Shown here piece after piece: positions 7,508-16,644 of a stretch of 64,000 nucleotides of DNA. A model generated the notes under the pieces. The model had not been told where the DNA came from. It saw nothing but the letters and a program-made list of their open reading frames with translations, and did not search any database. A program made the position numbers and the translations under genes. This stretch comes from Candidatus Parcubacteria bacterium (GTDB lineage: Bacteria; Patescibacteriota; Minisyncoccia; Phycocordibacterales; UBA5272), in assembly GCA_039796775.1 (NCBI GenBank), contig JBDKJD010000003.1:12697-76696 (forward strand), given 5' to 3'. Numbering within the stretch: position 1 is the first letter of the stretch; the number at the start of each line of letters is the position of its first letter.

Positions 7508-7975
7508 TCAATGCGTATGTGACGCACCCAAAAGTAACGTATCAATCAAAAACACAGAAGTTATAACTATAACAAAAGCAATAAGACTCACAACAACAAT
7601 ACTCTTACGACTAAGAATATATTTTTCTTTAATAAAGAAAGTAATATACGCCAGAACTAAACCAATACCAAGAAGCATGCCAGCGTATCCTGGATTATCT
7701 AAATAGTGCTGTATACCACCAGATAAAAATCCTGTTCCAAAGGAGAGCCCTGTAACAAGAAGTATATACTTCATATCCACCGCCTGATTTTTCTCCCTTG
7801 CTTCATAGATACTTCCCGTAATCATAAGAATAAGTCCTATACATCCAAGAATTACATAACGAATTGCATCAGCTTCTAGTGTACCAACATGTACTACAGA
7901 CCCAGCAATGAGAGCGACACCAAGATATTTGGCGATATAAATAGAGTAGTCCCTATGTTCTTTTGAAAGTGTCAT
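7508..7975 (-). CDS. hypothetical 4-TM membrane protein
   Basis: Hydrophobic profile only. Confidence 0.4.
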   Translation of the reverse strand: MTLSKEHRDYSIYIAKYLGVALIAGSVVHVGTLEADAIRYVILGCIGLILMITGSIYEAREKNQAVDMKYILLVTGLSFGTGFLSGGIQHYLDNPGYAGMLLGIGLVLAYITFFIKEKYILSRKSIVVVSLIAFVIVITSVFLIDTLLLGASHTH

Positions 7976-8002
7976 ATCGATACTGATAACTCTGTTTGCT
8001 TT

Positions 8003-8221
8003 TTACCTCATTCTAACCGTAATTAACTCACCACTCTTTGTAGTAAATTTACCAAAGAGAATCATAATAAAGTCAATCATCACCCATATACCAAAACCAC
8101 CGAATGTTACAACCATAAGAATACCTGTTCCTATCTTTCTGTTATAGAACCTGTGGACACCCAAGAACCCTAAAAAGAAACATAGCAGGAGCGTTATCAT
8201 CCACTCTATATTTATTTTCAT
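8003..8221 (-). CDS. TM2 domain-containing small membrane protein
   Basis: GVHRFY motif characteristic of TM2 domain. Confidence 0.5.
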   Translation of the reverse strand: MKINIEWMITLLLCFFLGFLGVHRFYNRKIGTGILMVVTFGGFGIWVMIDFIMILFGKFTTKSGELITVRMR

Positions 8222-8369
8222 ATCACTAATAATCGCATCAGTCTTATTAACTTATTCGTTATTTAGTAAAATACTTGTTTGATTTGTTTCCATAGTCTTA
8301 TCTACTATATAACCATATCATTGATAATTAAAGCACAACTCTTCATAGAAAGATTTTTTGATTAAAAAA

Positions 8370-9761
8370 TTATTGAGTAATTCTTATCTCTTCCATACTA
8401 ACCGTTCTACCATTTGAGGTGTCAACAAGAATAACTTTCATTGTTAAACCCTCCTTATATTCATAAGGTTTTGTTATTGTTATCTTACCATTACGCCCTG
8501 AGAATCTATACGCTGCACCTCCTGGAGCCCAAGGATTAACGCGGGCATTGTAATAAGACTCTGCAGCTAAGCCAACAAGTGATATATTGTTACCTGAGTA
8601 ACCGTCGCCGTTTCTTGCGATCTCTGTTGGCTCTAATTGAAGTTCATACTGTTTCGCGTAATTATCAATACTATAGTCAAGAACGGCTTGAGTATAATAG
8701 CCCCCAGCATCATATATCGACTGAACAAGATTAAAAGAAAGTTTTGGCGTTGGTTTAAAAATTATATTTTCAATAATGACTGAAGTTTTATTACCAAGAG
8801 AATCATAAAGCGCTACACTCACATTCCCGTTATACTCGCCCAAAAACTTTCCTGTAAAACTAATCACCCCAGGACTCTTGTATGTCCTACTCTGCGCAAT
8901 AACTTCATCACCATCCACCTTCCAATTAGCGACTATTTTACCTACTGTGTCTAAGTTCTGACCATAAATAGTAATATAGTAAATACCATTATCTTCTTTT
9001 GAAAACGTTCCATAAGAAGCTGATGGTTTAACCTGTACAGAATTTTGACCATTAACTTCTTCAACTAAAAGATTGCCTGTTGTCTCAGAAAAACCATCTT
9101 CAGAAACTACAGTTATTTTAAGAAACTTACCAATATACTTTTGGGGCGTTGTAACGACTATTGTATTCTGAGCTTTTAAGACAAAATTGCTTTGCTGTTG
9201 TTCTTCACTTGTGGCATCTGTCTTAATAACAACTTTTACTACTTTATTCATTCTCTCCCCAAGAAGAATCGTCTTATATACTCCTGTGAGAGGATCGTAT
9301 TCTTGCTTGACAGCTCTAAGTGAAGGGTTGCCCCCTAAAGGAAAGTTAAGGACCGGTACAGATGACGGAGTTACTGTACTTGGATAAGATGGGTTTGTAT
9401 ATTGTGGTGACGATATTTCGTTTGAACATGTCTCTTTTTGTATCACTTTCCTTGTGATTGAACCAACGCTTCCTGTTGGACTAATTCCGTTTGCAGTCTG
9501 GTATTTTCTAACCCCTGCAACAGTTAAGCGACCGTAAAACCCAGTCGCAGATCCCGATATTATTCCTTTCTCTATCAAAAACTCTTGAAGAGCCGAGACT
9601 TCATTATTAGAGTTACTATCTCTTGACCCAAGACGAAGAACTGGGGTTGTTATAATGAGGCAAGAATCTTCATAAACTTCATCTCCTTGATTTTGGGCAT
9701 AGGAATAACCTCCAAAGCTTAATGAGATTAGGGATAGTAGTAAAAGTTTTTTTATTGTCAT
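8370..9761 (-). CDS. secreted peptidoglycan-binding domain protein (paralog of 5390..6577 in N-terminal region)
   Basis: Signal peptide MTIKKLLLLSLISLSFGGYSYA; EVSALQEFLIEKGII...FYGRLTVAGVRKYQ PG-binding motif. Confidence 0.6.
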   Translation of the reverse strand: MTIKKLLLLSLISLSFGGYSYAQNQGDEVYEDSCLIITTPVLRLGSRDSNSNNEVSALQEFLIEKGIISGSATGFYGRLTVAGVRKYQTANGISPTGSVGSITRKVIQKETCSNEISSPQYTNPSYPSTVTPSSVPVLNFPLGGNPSLRAVKQEYDPLTGVYKTILLGERMNKVVKVVIKTDATSEEQQQSNFVLKAQNTIVVTTPQKYIGKFLKITVVSEDGFSETTGNLLVEEVNGQNSVQVKPSASYGTFSKEDNGIYYITIYGQNLDTVGKIVANWKVDGDEVIAQSRTYKSPGVISFTGKFLGEYNGNVSVALYDSLGNKTSVIIENIIFKPTPKLSFNLVQSIYDAGGYYTQAVLDYSIDNYAKQYELQLEPTEIARNGDGYSGNNISLVGLAAESYYNARVNPWAPGGAAYRFSGRNGKITITKPYEYKEGLTMKVILVDTSNGRTVSMEEIRITQ

Positions 9762-9781
9762 ATATTATAATTAATAAAATA

Positions 9782-9812
9782 ATTATACACGCACACCCCC
9801 CCCCATTATCAA
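9782..9812 (-). promoter_or_regulatory. candidate phase-variable sigma70 promoter: -35 TTGATA, 19-nt spacer containing a G9 homopolymer (C9 on plus, 9796..9804), -10 TATAAT
   Basis: Read on minus strand: TTGATAatgGGGGGGGGtgtgcgtgTATAAT about 20 nt upstream of ATG 9761. Confidence 0.5.
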
Positions 9813-9823
9813 AATAAAGATAA

Positions 9824-10309
9824 CTATCTAAATGCAATAACTGTGATATTGTCTTCCTCCTTGGTAACACTCGGATCAGTTTGATAGAAATGATACGCTT
9901 CTTTGATATTCGGATAGTCTTTCATAATCTTCGGCCATATATCCTTAAACTGAGAGTAGCCTCCTTTCATGATATATGAAATAAAATCCCCGCTTACTTT
10001 CATATCGCCATCTTTATGAGCAAGACCGATACGTCCGAATCCGAACATTTTTGGCTCCTCAATCATGCCGATATTCCAGTCTATCGCGTTACCATTCTTA
10101 ACAAAGTCACTCTTAAGAGATTCATATCTCCCTTTTGTCATGGGCATCCAAAAGAAGAAAAGCATCTTCTTAGTAATGAAGCTCGCATCTATATGATGCA
10201 TAGCATAACCATCCTTGATATCTGATTGTGTATACATAAGTATGTGAGAAAAAGTTTTATACTCTACATTATCTAGTCCCCTTAGGTAAGGACTGGCACG
10301 CAACACCAT
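9824..10309 (-). CDS. hypothetical protein
   Basis: ORF only; start uncertain (overlaps next gene by 41 nt). Confidence 0.3.
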   Translation of the reverse strand: MVLRASPYLRGLDNVEYKTFSHILMYTQSDIKDGYAMHHIDASFITKKMLFFFWMPMTKGRYESLKSDFVKNGNAIDWNIGMIEEPKMFGFGRIGLAHKDGDMKVSGDFISYIMKGGYSQFKDIWPKIMKDYPNIKEAYHFYQTDPSVTKEEDNITVIAFR

Positions 10310-10709
10310 CTTTGTTGCCGTCTAATCTATTAGTATCCTCTGATACCCCTCCTGCGTTATCGAAGAATTCTTGCGCGTCACCTTGTGTCTTGAAGTCATC
10401 ACAATTGTACTCGTCTGTATACTTGGCATTAGCTGCTTCTTTGGTTCCTGCTTGTACAATATTCCCTTTATTGTCACGAAGCACACGTGACTCACTGATG
10501 CTCTTAGTCTCCATCATCTTATCAAGATCGTAATCAGTATTAGCAACTTCAAGACCAAGTGCTCCCACAAGAAGGGCTAAGATAACACCGATCACAGCCT
10601 TGGCCCATGTAGTCTTGGCAGTGAAGAATAACACCCCCGCAAGTACAATAAGACCACCGATTACCCATAGTCTCACTTTTTTAGAATTACGCATTTCTTG
10701 TATTTTCAT
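10269..10709 (-). CDS. membrane-anchored Excalibur (Ca-binding) domain protein
   Basis: N-terminal TM; C-terminal DGNKDGVACQ Excalibur-like motif. Confidence 0.5.
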   Translation of the reverse strand: MKIQEMRNSKKVRLWVIGGLIVLAGVLFFTAKTTWAKAVIGVILALLVGALGLEVANTDYDLDKMMETKSISESRVLRDNKGNIVQAGTKEAANAKYTDEYNCDDFKTQGDAQEFFDNAGGVSEDTNRLDGNKDGVACQSLPKGTR

Positions 10710-10755
10710 ATATTTGAAAGTATAACACTAAGAGAATCAATACTTTAATATCTCT

Positions 10756-11313
10756 TTAAAGTTTGGCTGAGTTAAAAAGCACACTAAATGCTTCGCACCA
10801 CACGAGCGCATATTGATACTCTTCGATATTAATATTCTCTGGTATCTTATAGTTAAAATTACCACTTGTTGCCTTAAGTGCCCCAAGATTCACGAAATCT
10901 TTTGCTTCTAAATCCTTAGCCAAATAAACTACCAAATCAGGACCGTTGATAGTGCTAAAGTCTTCATAGCGAAGATACTTCGTATCTCCTTCGCTCACCA
11001 GTCTCACATAACCAGATGCTGGATGTGTCTTGGTTGGTACTATCGCACTTCTGGCTATCTGAGGCGAGACTGCGATATCTTGGGCTGATACAGATTGAGA
11101 CGTAGACGATGCTTTCATCTCTTCTTTGGATTCAGTTGCTTCCACTAATTGAGATGTGGTAGATACTACTTCTTTTTTATTGTCTATATTTACTTCTACA
11201 GGAAGTGCCTCGTCTAAAGATGAGGTTCTTAATTGAGGAAGTATGAATAGATAAAAAGAAACGCCAGCAATAATACATGTGAATAATCCAATGATGTAAT
11301 ATTTTTTGTTCAT
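10756..11313 (-). CDS. DM13 domain protein with N-terminal TM anchor
   Basis: HPASGYVRLV...FSTINGPDLVVYL matches DM13 signature. Confidence 0.5.
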   Translation of the reverse strand: MNKKYYIIGLFTCIIAGVSFYLFILPQLRTSSLDEALPVEVNIDNKKEVVSTTSQLVEATESKEEMKASSTSQSVSAQDIAVSPQIARSAIVPTKTHPASGYVRLVSEGDTKYLRYEDFSTINGPDLVVYLAKDLEAKDFVNLGALKATSGNFNYKIPENINIEEYQYALVWCEAFSVLFNSAKL

Positions 11314-11331
11314 AATATAGCAGTGTTAGAT

Positions 11332-12750
11332 TTAGGAAAATACCCTAAACAAAAAACGAATAATAGCATATGTGCGGCCTGATAACTTGGACCCCATATA
11401 GGTGAGCGCTAGGCGTCTATTGATACGACTCTTAGTTGGATATGGATATACCTTGTTATAGAGAGCCTTAAGCGAAAGATCGTTATAGTGAACGGTGAGC
11501 AAGTCTTGAACAAGCTCGCCTGCGTCTTCTGCTACCATTGTTCCTCCTAAGACATTACCTTCTCCATCGATATATACTTGTAAGAAGCTTCCCTTTTCTC
11601 CATCGGTAACAGATCTATCTTCTTCGTCAAAAGAAAGCATGTGCGCGGTATAAGGAATACTTTGCTCATTAAGTATCATCTCACTCTTACCGAACGTTGC
11701 CACTTCTTTGCTGGTGTAGGTAACCCACGCAAGTGTCGTTGGAGACTTTTTCTTAAAAGGTGAAAGCATATTGTTGATCACTACTTTTGCATGCTCTTCT
11801 GCAACATGGGTGAACATAAACGACCCAGCAATATCTCCTACCGTAACGACATGCGGGTTAGTGGTTTCGAGATATTTATTGATGATAAGCTTACCATTCT
11901 CATCTATCTTGATGCCGGCATTCTCTAAAGCTAAACCTTCACTATTGAGCACTCTTCCGATGCCGACAAAAAGAGCATCTGCTTTCTTAGAAAACTCTTT
12001 ATCGTCCACAGTATAAAAAACATGACCATTCTGTATCTTGATGAGCTTCATGCTATTAACTATCTCTACCCCTTCTTCTTTGAACATACTCTCTACCGCG
12101 TCACTCGCTTCTTGTATCTCTCTCCCGAGCAGCTTCTTATCCGCATTAAGTATTGTCACCTCACTTCCCAAGAATCTAAACGCTTCTGCGAGTTCACATG
12201 ATATCGGCCCACCACCAAGAAAAACGAAATCGTCCGGAAGAGTCTCCAAAGAAAACACTGACTCATTATTAAGAAGCGGCACACTGCCATCATTATCTGC
12301 GAGTGTGAGAGCTCTTGCTCTACTCCCTGTTGCAAGCACACACTTATTAAAGGAATATAACTCATTATTAACGCTAAGCGTTCGTGCGTCAACAAATGAA
12401 GCATCACCGATCACAACATCCATTCCTTTTGATCGTAGATATTCACTATTCTCGTGGAGGCGAATCGCATCTTGCTTGTGACGTATCTCATCTAATACCT
12501 TTTTGAGGTCTGTCTTGCCTGACACTGTATAGCCATAACGACTAGCATCATGCGCTTGTTTAATAGTGCGCGCGGTATGTATGAGAGCCTTACTAGGAAC
12601 ACATCCATAATTAAGACAATCACCGCCGATTGAAGCTTCGCTTTTGTTCACAAGAAGTACAGAGAGTCCGACTCGTGCGAAAAATGAAGAGACATTTAAT
12701 CCGCCTGACCCAGCTCCTATAATGATGATGTCATAATGTTTTTTGTTCAT
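11332..12750 (-). CDS. FAD-dependent pyridine nucleotide-disulfide oxidoreductase (dihydrolipoamide dehydrogenase/mercuric reductase-like)
   Basis: IIIIGAGSGG FAD motif; GGDCLNYGCVPSK redox-active disulfide. Confidence 0.75.
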   Translation of the reverse strand: MNKKHYDIIIIGAGSGGLNVSSFFARVGLSVLLVNKSEASIGGDCLNYGCVPSKALIHTARTIKQAHDASRYGYTVSGKTDLKKVLDEIRHKQDAIRLHENSEYLRSKGMDVVIGDASFVDARTLSVNNELYSFNKCVLATGSRARALTLADNDGSVPLLNNESVFSLETLPDDFVFLGGGPISCELAEAFRFLGSEVTILNADKKLLGREIQEASDAVESMFKEEGVEIVNSMKLIKIQNGHVFYTVDDKEFSKKADALFVGIGRVLNSEGLALENAGIKIDENGKLIINKYLETTNPHVVTVGDIAGSFMFTHVAEEHAKVVINNMLSPFKKKSPTTLAWVTYTSKEVATFGKSEMILNEQSIPYTAHMLSFDEEDRSVTDGEKGSFLQVYIDGEGNVLGGTMVAEDAGELVQDLLTVHYNDLSLKALYNKVYPYPTKSRINRRLALTYMGSKLSGRTYAIIRFLFRVFS

Positions 12751-12760
12751 AGTGATTATT

Positions 12761-13300
12761 TTATATTTTGAATTTCTTGCCGATTAATACTAGTCCTGCT
12801 ATCGCTATTACAGCAAGCGCAATATTGATGGGGCTCAGCATCGCAAGTGATTCTCCAAAATACACAAAAGCGAATGTCCCTGGGATAATCCCTATACTCG
12901 TCCCTATCATATAATCTCGTGTAGACACTCTCGTAACCCCGAGCAAATAGTTAAGAGCATTGAACGGGAAAAGCGGAATAAGTCTTAAGAGGAGAACAGT
13001 CTTCATCCCTTCCTTAAAAAATTTCTCTTCATAGGTTTCGAGCTTTTTGTACTTACTGAGCAAATGCTTGGCCACATACCCCCTCATCACATATCTCGCA
13101 ATCAAAAAAGCAAAGGTCGCGCCTACAATATTCCCCACAAGAGAAATCAGTGTGCCGTACCACACTCCGAATGTCGCTCCAGCCAAAAGTGTGAGCGGAG
13201 TCCCCGGCAAGAACGCGATTGCTCCTATCACTTTTCCTACTATCAAGATAAGGGCTGCGTAGTGCGGATATTCGGCAACTAAAAGTTGTAATGTTTCCAT
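12761..13300 (-). CDS. DedA/SNARE-associated (TVP38) family membrane protein
   Basis: LRLIPLFPFNALNYLLGVT conserved DedA motif. Confidence 0.7.
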   Translation of the reverse strand: METLQLLVAEYPHYAALILIVGKVIGAIAFLPGTPLTLLAGATFGVWYGTLISLVGNIVGATFAFLIARYVMRGYVAKHLLSKYKKLETYEEKFFKEGMKTVLLLRLIPLFPFNALNYLLGVTRVSTRDYMIGTSIGIIPGTFAFVYFGESLAMLSPINIALAVIAIAGLVLIGKKFKI

Positions 13301-13352
13301 GGTGTTATATTTTCTTGTTTTGTTTCATTCTTCTATATAAATACTTTTATTA

Positions 13353-14513
13353 TTATTGAAGCAAGGAAACATACTCGCCGTATCCTTCCTTTTCCATATC
13401 TTTAAGGGGAATAAAAAGGAGTGATGCACTATTCATGCAATATCTCATACCTCCTCTATCCTTCGGTCCATCATTAAAGACATGACCCAAGTGCGAGTCT
13501 GCAATAGCGCTTCTCACTTCCGTTCGAACTGAGAATAATTCTCTATCTTCATGGAGAGTTACACTACTTGGAGTAATAGACGTCGTGAATGATGGCCAGC
13601 CGGTTCCGGAGTCATATTTGTCTTTTGATAAAAATAGCGGTTCTTTGCTTACTATGTCGACATAGATTCCTATCTCTTTATTGTCATGATACTTGTTATC
13701 AAAGGGTCGCTCTGTACCATCTTCTTGAGTTACTTTGTACTCTATAGGTGACAACTCTTTTAATCTCGCTACTTTTTGTTCTTGAGAAAATGTTTTCCAA
13801 GAAGAAGTAGCGCTCGTGTTAGTTGTGTTAGCTGTGTCGCCGAATATTTCTATAATGCTCGGGTCTTTCTTCTCCCAATGAATACGAATGAATTGATTGC
13901 GACCACTCGCTTCTCTATACCCACCATATCTCACGGGATTCTTATCTTTATAATCCTGATGATATTCTTCGGCTGGGTAGAAGTTGGTAAACGGTAGCAC
14001 GACGACTGCTACTTTTTTGTCGAACTTCTTACTGCCGTCAATCTTGGTAATAACGGCTTCGGCTTTTGACTTCTGAGCTTCATCTGTGTAATAAATAGCA
14101 GGAGTGTACTGATACCCACGATCACCGAACTGTCCTTCACCATCTGTTGGATCAATATGCTTAAAATACAGCGAGAGCACCTGTAGCGTAGAAATAATAC
14201 TCTCATCGTAGATAACCTCCACCGCTTCACGTGCTTTCACCTCTCCGCTCCCTACTTCTTGATAACGAGGATTCTCCTTCTCGCTATCAGCATATCCAGA
14301 AATAGCAGAGATAACTCCACGATAATGATTGAACTCGGCTTCTGTGCACCAGAAGCAACCACCTGCTAAAACTATTTTTGAATAATTCTTATTATCGCTG
14401 AGTGTTGTATCGGGTGTATGTAATGGGGAAGTGTTTCTCATATACCAATTATACAGAACAAATGTAATAACAACACTTAGTAAGAAAATAGAGATGCGCA
14501 TTGTTGTGGTCAT
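13353..14513 (-). CDS. msrAB: bifunctional peptide methionine sulfoxide reductase MsrA/MsrB
   Basis: GGCFWC (MsrA) and RYCMNSASL (MsrB) motifs. Confidence 0.8.
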   Translation of the reverse strand: MTTTMRISIFLLSVVITFVLYNWYMRNTSPLHTPDTTLSDNKNYSKIVLAGGCFWCTEAEFNHYRGVISAISGYADSEKENPRYQEVGSGEVKAREAVEVIYDESIISTLQVLSLYFKHIDPTDGEGQFGDRGYQYTPAIYYTDEAQKSKAEAVITKIDGSKKFDKKVAVVVLPFTNFYPAEEYHQDYKDKNPVRYGGYREASGRNQFIRIHWEKKDPSIIEIFGDTANTTNTSATSSWKTFSQEQKVARLKELSPIEYKVTQEDGTERPFDNKYHDNKEIGIYVDIVSKEPLFLSKDKYDSGTGWPSFTTSITPSSVTLHEDRELFSVRTEVRSAIADSHLGHVFNDGPKDRGGMRYCMNSASLLFIPLKDMEKEGYGEYVSLLQ

Positions 14514-14583
14514 AGCTTTAATACCATAGTAACATAACTTCTATGTGGTCATAGCTTTAATACCATAGTAACATAACTTCTAT
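14506..14583. repeat. perfect 39-bp tandem duplication spanning msrAB start codon and 5' UTR
   Basis: gtggtcatagctttaataccatagtaacataacttctat x2. Confidence 0.8.
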
Positions 14584-14700
14584 AATGAAATACCAGCCAT
14601 CAAAACCATACCATGGCTCCTTTATTCCTTATTGCATGTTTAGAAAGCTTTATCTGTTTCGAGAAGATTTTTTCGATACCTTAATTGATAGCTATGACCA

Positions 14701-15984
14701 TTAACGGCTCAGCCACTCTTTTTCTTGTCGTACTAAATACTTTTCTGCCGGATGGGTTTCGGCTAATATCATCTTCACTGCGCGCTCTAACCTCACACTC
14801 TGTGACCCTTTGCAATACACAACGTCTCCCTTTTGTAATATCTTTACCAACTCCTTCCCCGCTTCTATTGCGTTATCACATTCCATAATATCTATCTCAT
14901 TCATCTTGGCGTCGAGCGCCCCTTCTGCAGTAGCTAGAGAACGGATACCTACAGTGAACAACTTGTGAACTGTCTCTCCTGCTATTGTGCCTAGACGATA
15001 GTGTTCATCTCTTGTATGTACGCCAAGCTCCATCATGTCTCCCAGTACAGCAATCTTCCTGCCTTGTATGTCCATAGAAGCAAGCGTCTTAAGACCGTGC
15101 TCTGCCGCCTTAGGAGAAGCATTATACGTATCATCAATAATAAGCGAACCATTCATTCCAGGAAGAAGACGCATACGACCCTTTGGTGTATCTCCATCAC
15201 ATAGCGCCTGTAATGCTTCAGCTATAGGAATCTTAAGCTCTTTCGCAACTGCAAGAGCTGGGAGCGCGCAATACACAGGAGACTTGCCTACCACTTCTGG
15301 GAGTACGAGCTCATGAGATTCTTCTCCGATATGAATCGTTGCTTTTGTTCCAACATACGGATCACCATAGAGACCGACAGCAGTAGCGCGAATGTCGGCA
15401 TCTTCTTCTATACCAATACTCATCTTGCGAGCTTCTGTTTTCCCAATAAGAGTTGTTTTCGAATCATGATCATCCGCATTCCAAATATAGAGACCATTTT
15501 TCTTAAGAGCTTTGACAAGATATCCCTTTTCTTCAACTACTGCGTCTCTATCCTTAAAAAATTCTATATGTACCGGTACCTTACCGAATTGAGTCACAAC
15601 AGTAACATCAGGCTTGATCCATGTAGTAATACTCTTGATGTCTCCTGGACGATCAGCACCTATTTCTAATACGAGATGCGTTGGATAGTCTTTACCAATA
15701 GCTACGAAGAATCCTCGTATGATCACCAGCATCCATTTAACAGGATTATTCCACGCAGACTTCTCTCCCAAAATGGTAAGCGGAACACCGAACTCACTAT
15801 TCATACTCTTCTCACTACGACGCACATGTACATGATCTTTGAGAACTGTATAAATAGCATCTTTGGTTCCTGTTTTACCGAGATTACCTGTTACTCCAAT
15901 GATAAAAGGCTTATGTCGCTTAAGTGTGAGCTTAGCCTCCCAAGTGAGAATGGTGACGATGAGTGGTTTAATGAGGTCTTTCAT
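14701..15984 (-). CDS. murF: UDP-N-acetylmuramoyl-tripeptide--D-alanyl-D-alanine ligase
   Basis: IIGVTGNLGKTGTK P-loop, DDTYNASP motif, Mur ligase architecture. Confidence 0.8.
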   Translation of the reverse strand: MKDLIKPLIVTILTWEAKLTLKRHKPFIIGVTGNLGKTGTKDAIYTVLKDHVHVRRSEKSMNSEFGVPLTILGEKSAWNNPVKWMLVIIRGFFVAIGKDYPTHLVLEIGADRPGDIKSITTWIKPDVTVVTQFGKVPVHIEFFKDRDAVVEEKGYLVKALKKNGLYIWNADDHDSKTTLIGKTEARKMSIGIEEDADIRATAVGLYGDPYVGTKATIHIGEESHELVLPEVVGKSPVYCALPALAVAKELKIPIAEALQALCDGDTPKGRMRLLPGMNGSLIIDDTYNASPKAAEHGLKTLASMDIQGRKIAVLGDMMELGVHTRDEHYRLGTIAGETVHKLFTVGIRSLATAEGALDAKMNEIDIMECDNAIEAGKELVKILQKGDVVYCKGSQSVRLERAVKMILAETHPAEKYLVRQEKEWLSR

Positions 15985-16016
15985 AAGGGCAGTAATTGGT
16001 TATTAGTAATTGGTTA

Positions 16017-16534
16017 TTAGTTTAACACAAGCGAAATAACTTCATCTGTTAGCTCCTCTTTAGTTTTTCCTTCGACCTTGATGGTTGTCCCGATCTCTTT
16101 AAGTACTTCGTCTATGAGCGGCTGGACATTGTTATTAAACTTCTTGAGCCGTTCTTCTTGAGAAGAACCATCATGAATAAACACTTCTCGACCTCGTGCG
16201 TTAAGACGTTCGAGCACCAAATGATCCGGTGCGGAAAAATGAATAACACTAAACGATAATGTGAGTTTTTTCATATCATTAAACGATCTAGAAGTATACG
16301 GGTTACCACTTACTATCACTAACTTTCTACCTGATAGCTCAGCAAGTAACGAATAGACCTTATCTCGTGTCTCTTGGTAGAACCCCTCATCGCCAACCTC
16401 CTTTTGAAACTCTTTAAGAAGCGTGCTAAAAGAATAATATTCTATGTGCTCGTACAAGGATGCCAAGTGCCCCCCCCTACAGTCGTTTTTCCGCTTCCTG
16501 GCTTACCTATTAACCACACTAACCCTGTTTTCAT
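16017..16534 (-). pseudogene. P-loop nucleotide kinase-like gene interrupted by frameshift in G8 homopolymer (16470..16477)
   Basis: Upstream ATG 16534 encodes MKTGLVWLIGKPGSGKTTV (Walker A) then hits G8 tract. Frame stops 11 codons later. Downstream track ORF (TTG start) continues ASLYEHIEYY... to 16017. One extra G would fuse both into about 172 aa. Confidence 0.55.
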
Positions 16535-16644
16535 ATGCTTACATCCTAGCACAAAGCGTGGCCTAAGGTTCCCGATTTCTTAGATTGTAATCAATCTTTT
16601 GAAATCGCAATACTCTCGAGTGCTGCGCTTTGTGTTACCAATAA

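Noticed and set aside
11771-12481. ORFs antisense to the oxidoreductase gene (11771..12016, 12038..12481, 12156..12407)
   Set aside because: Ser/Leu-rich shadow frames inside a well-supported CDS
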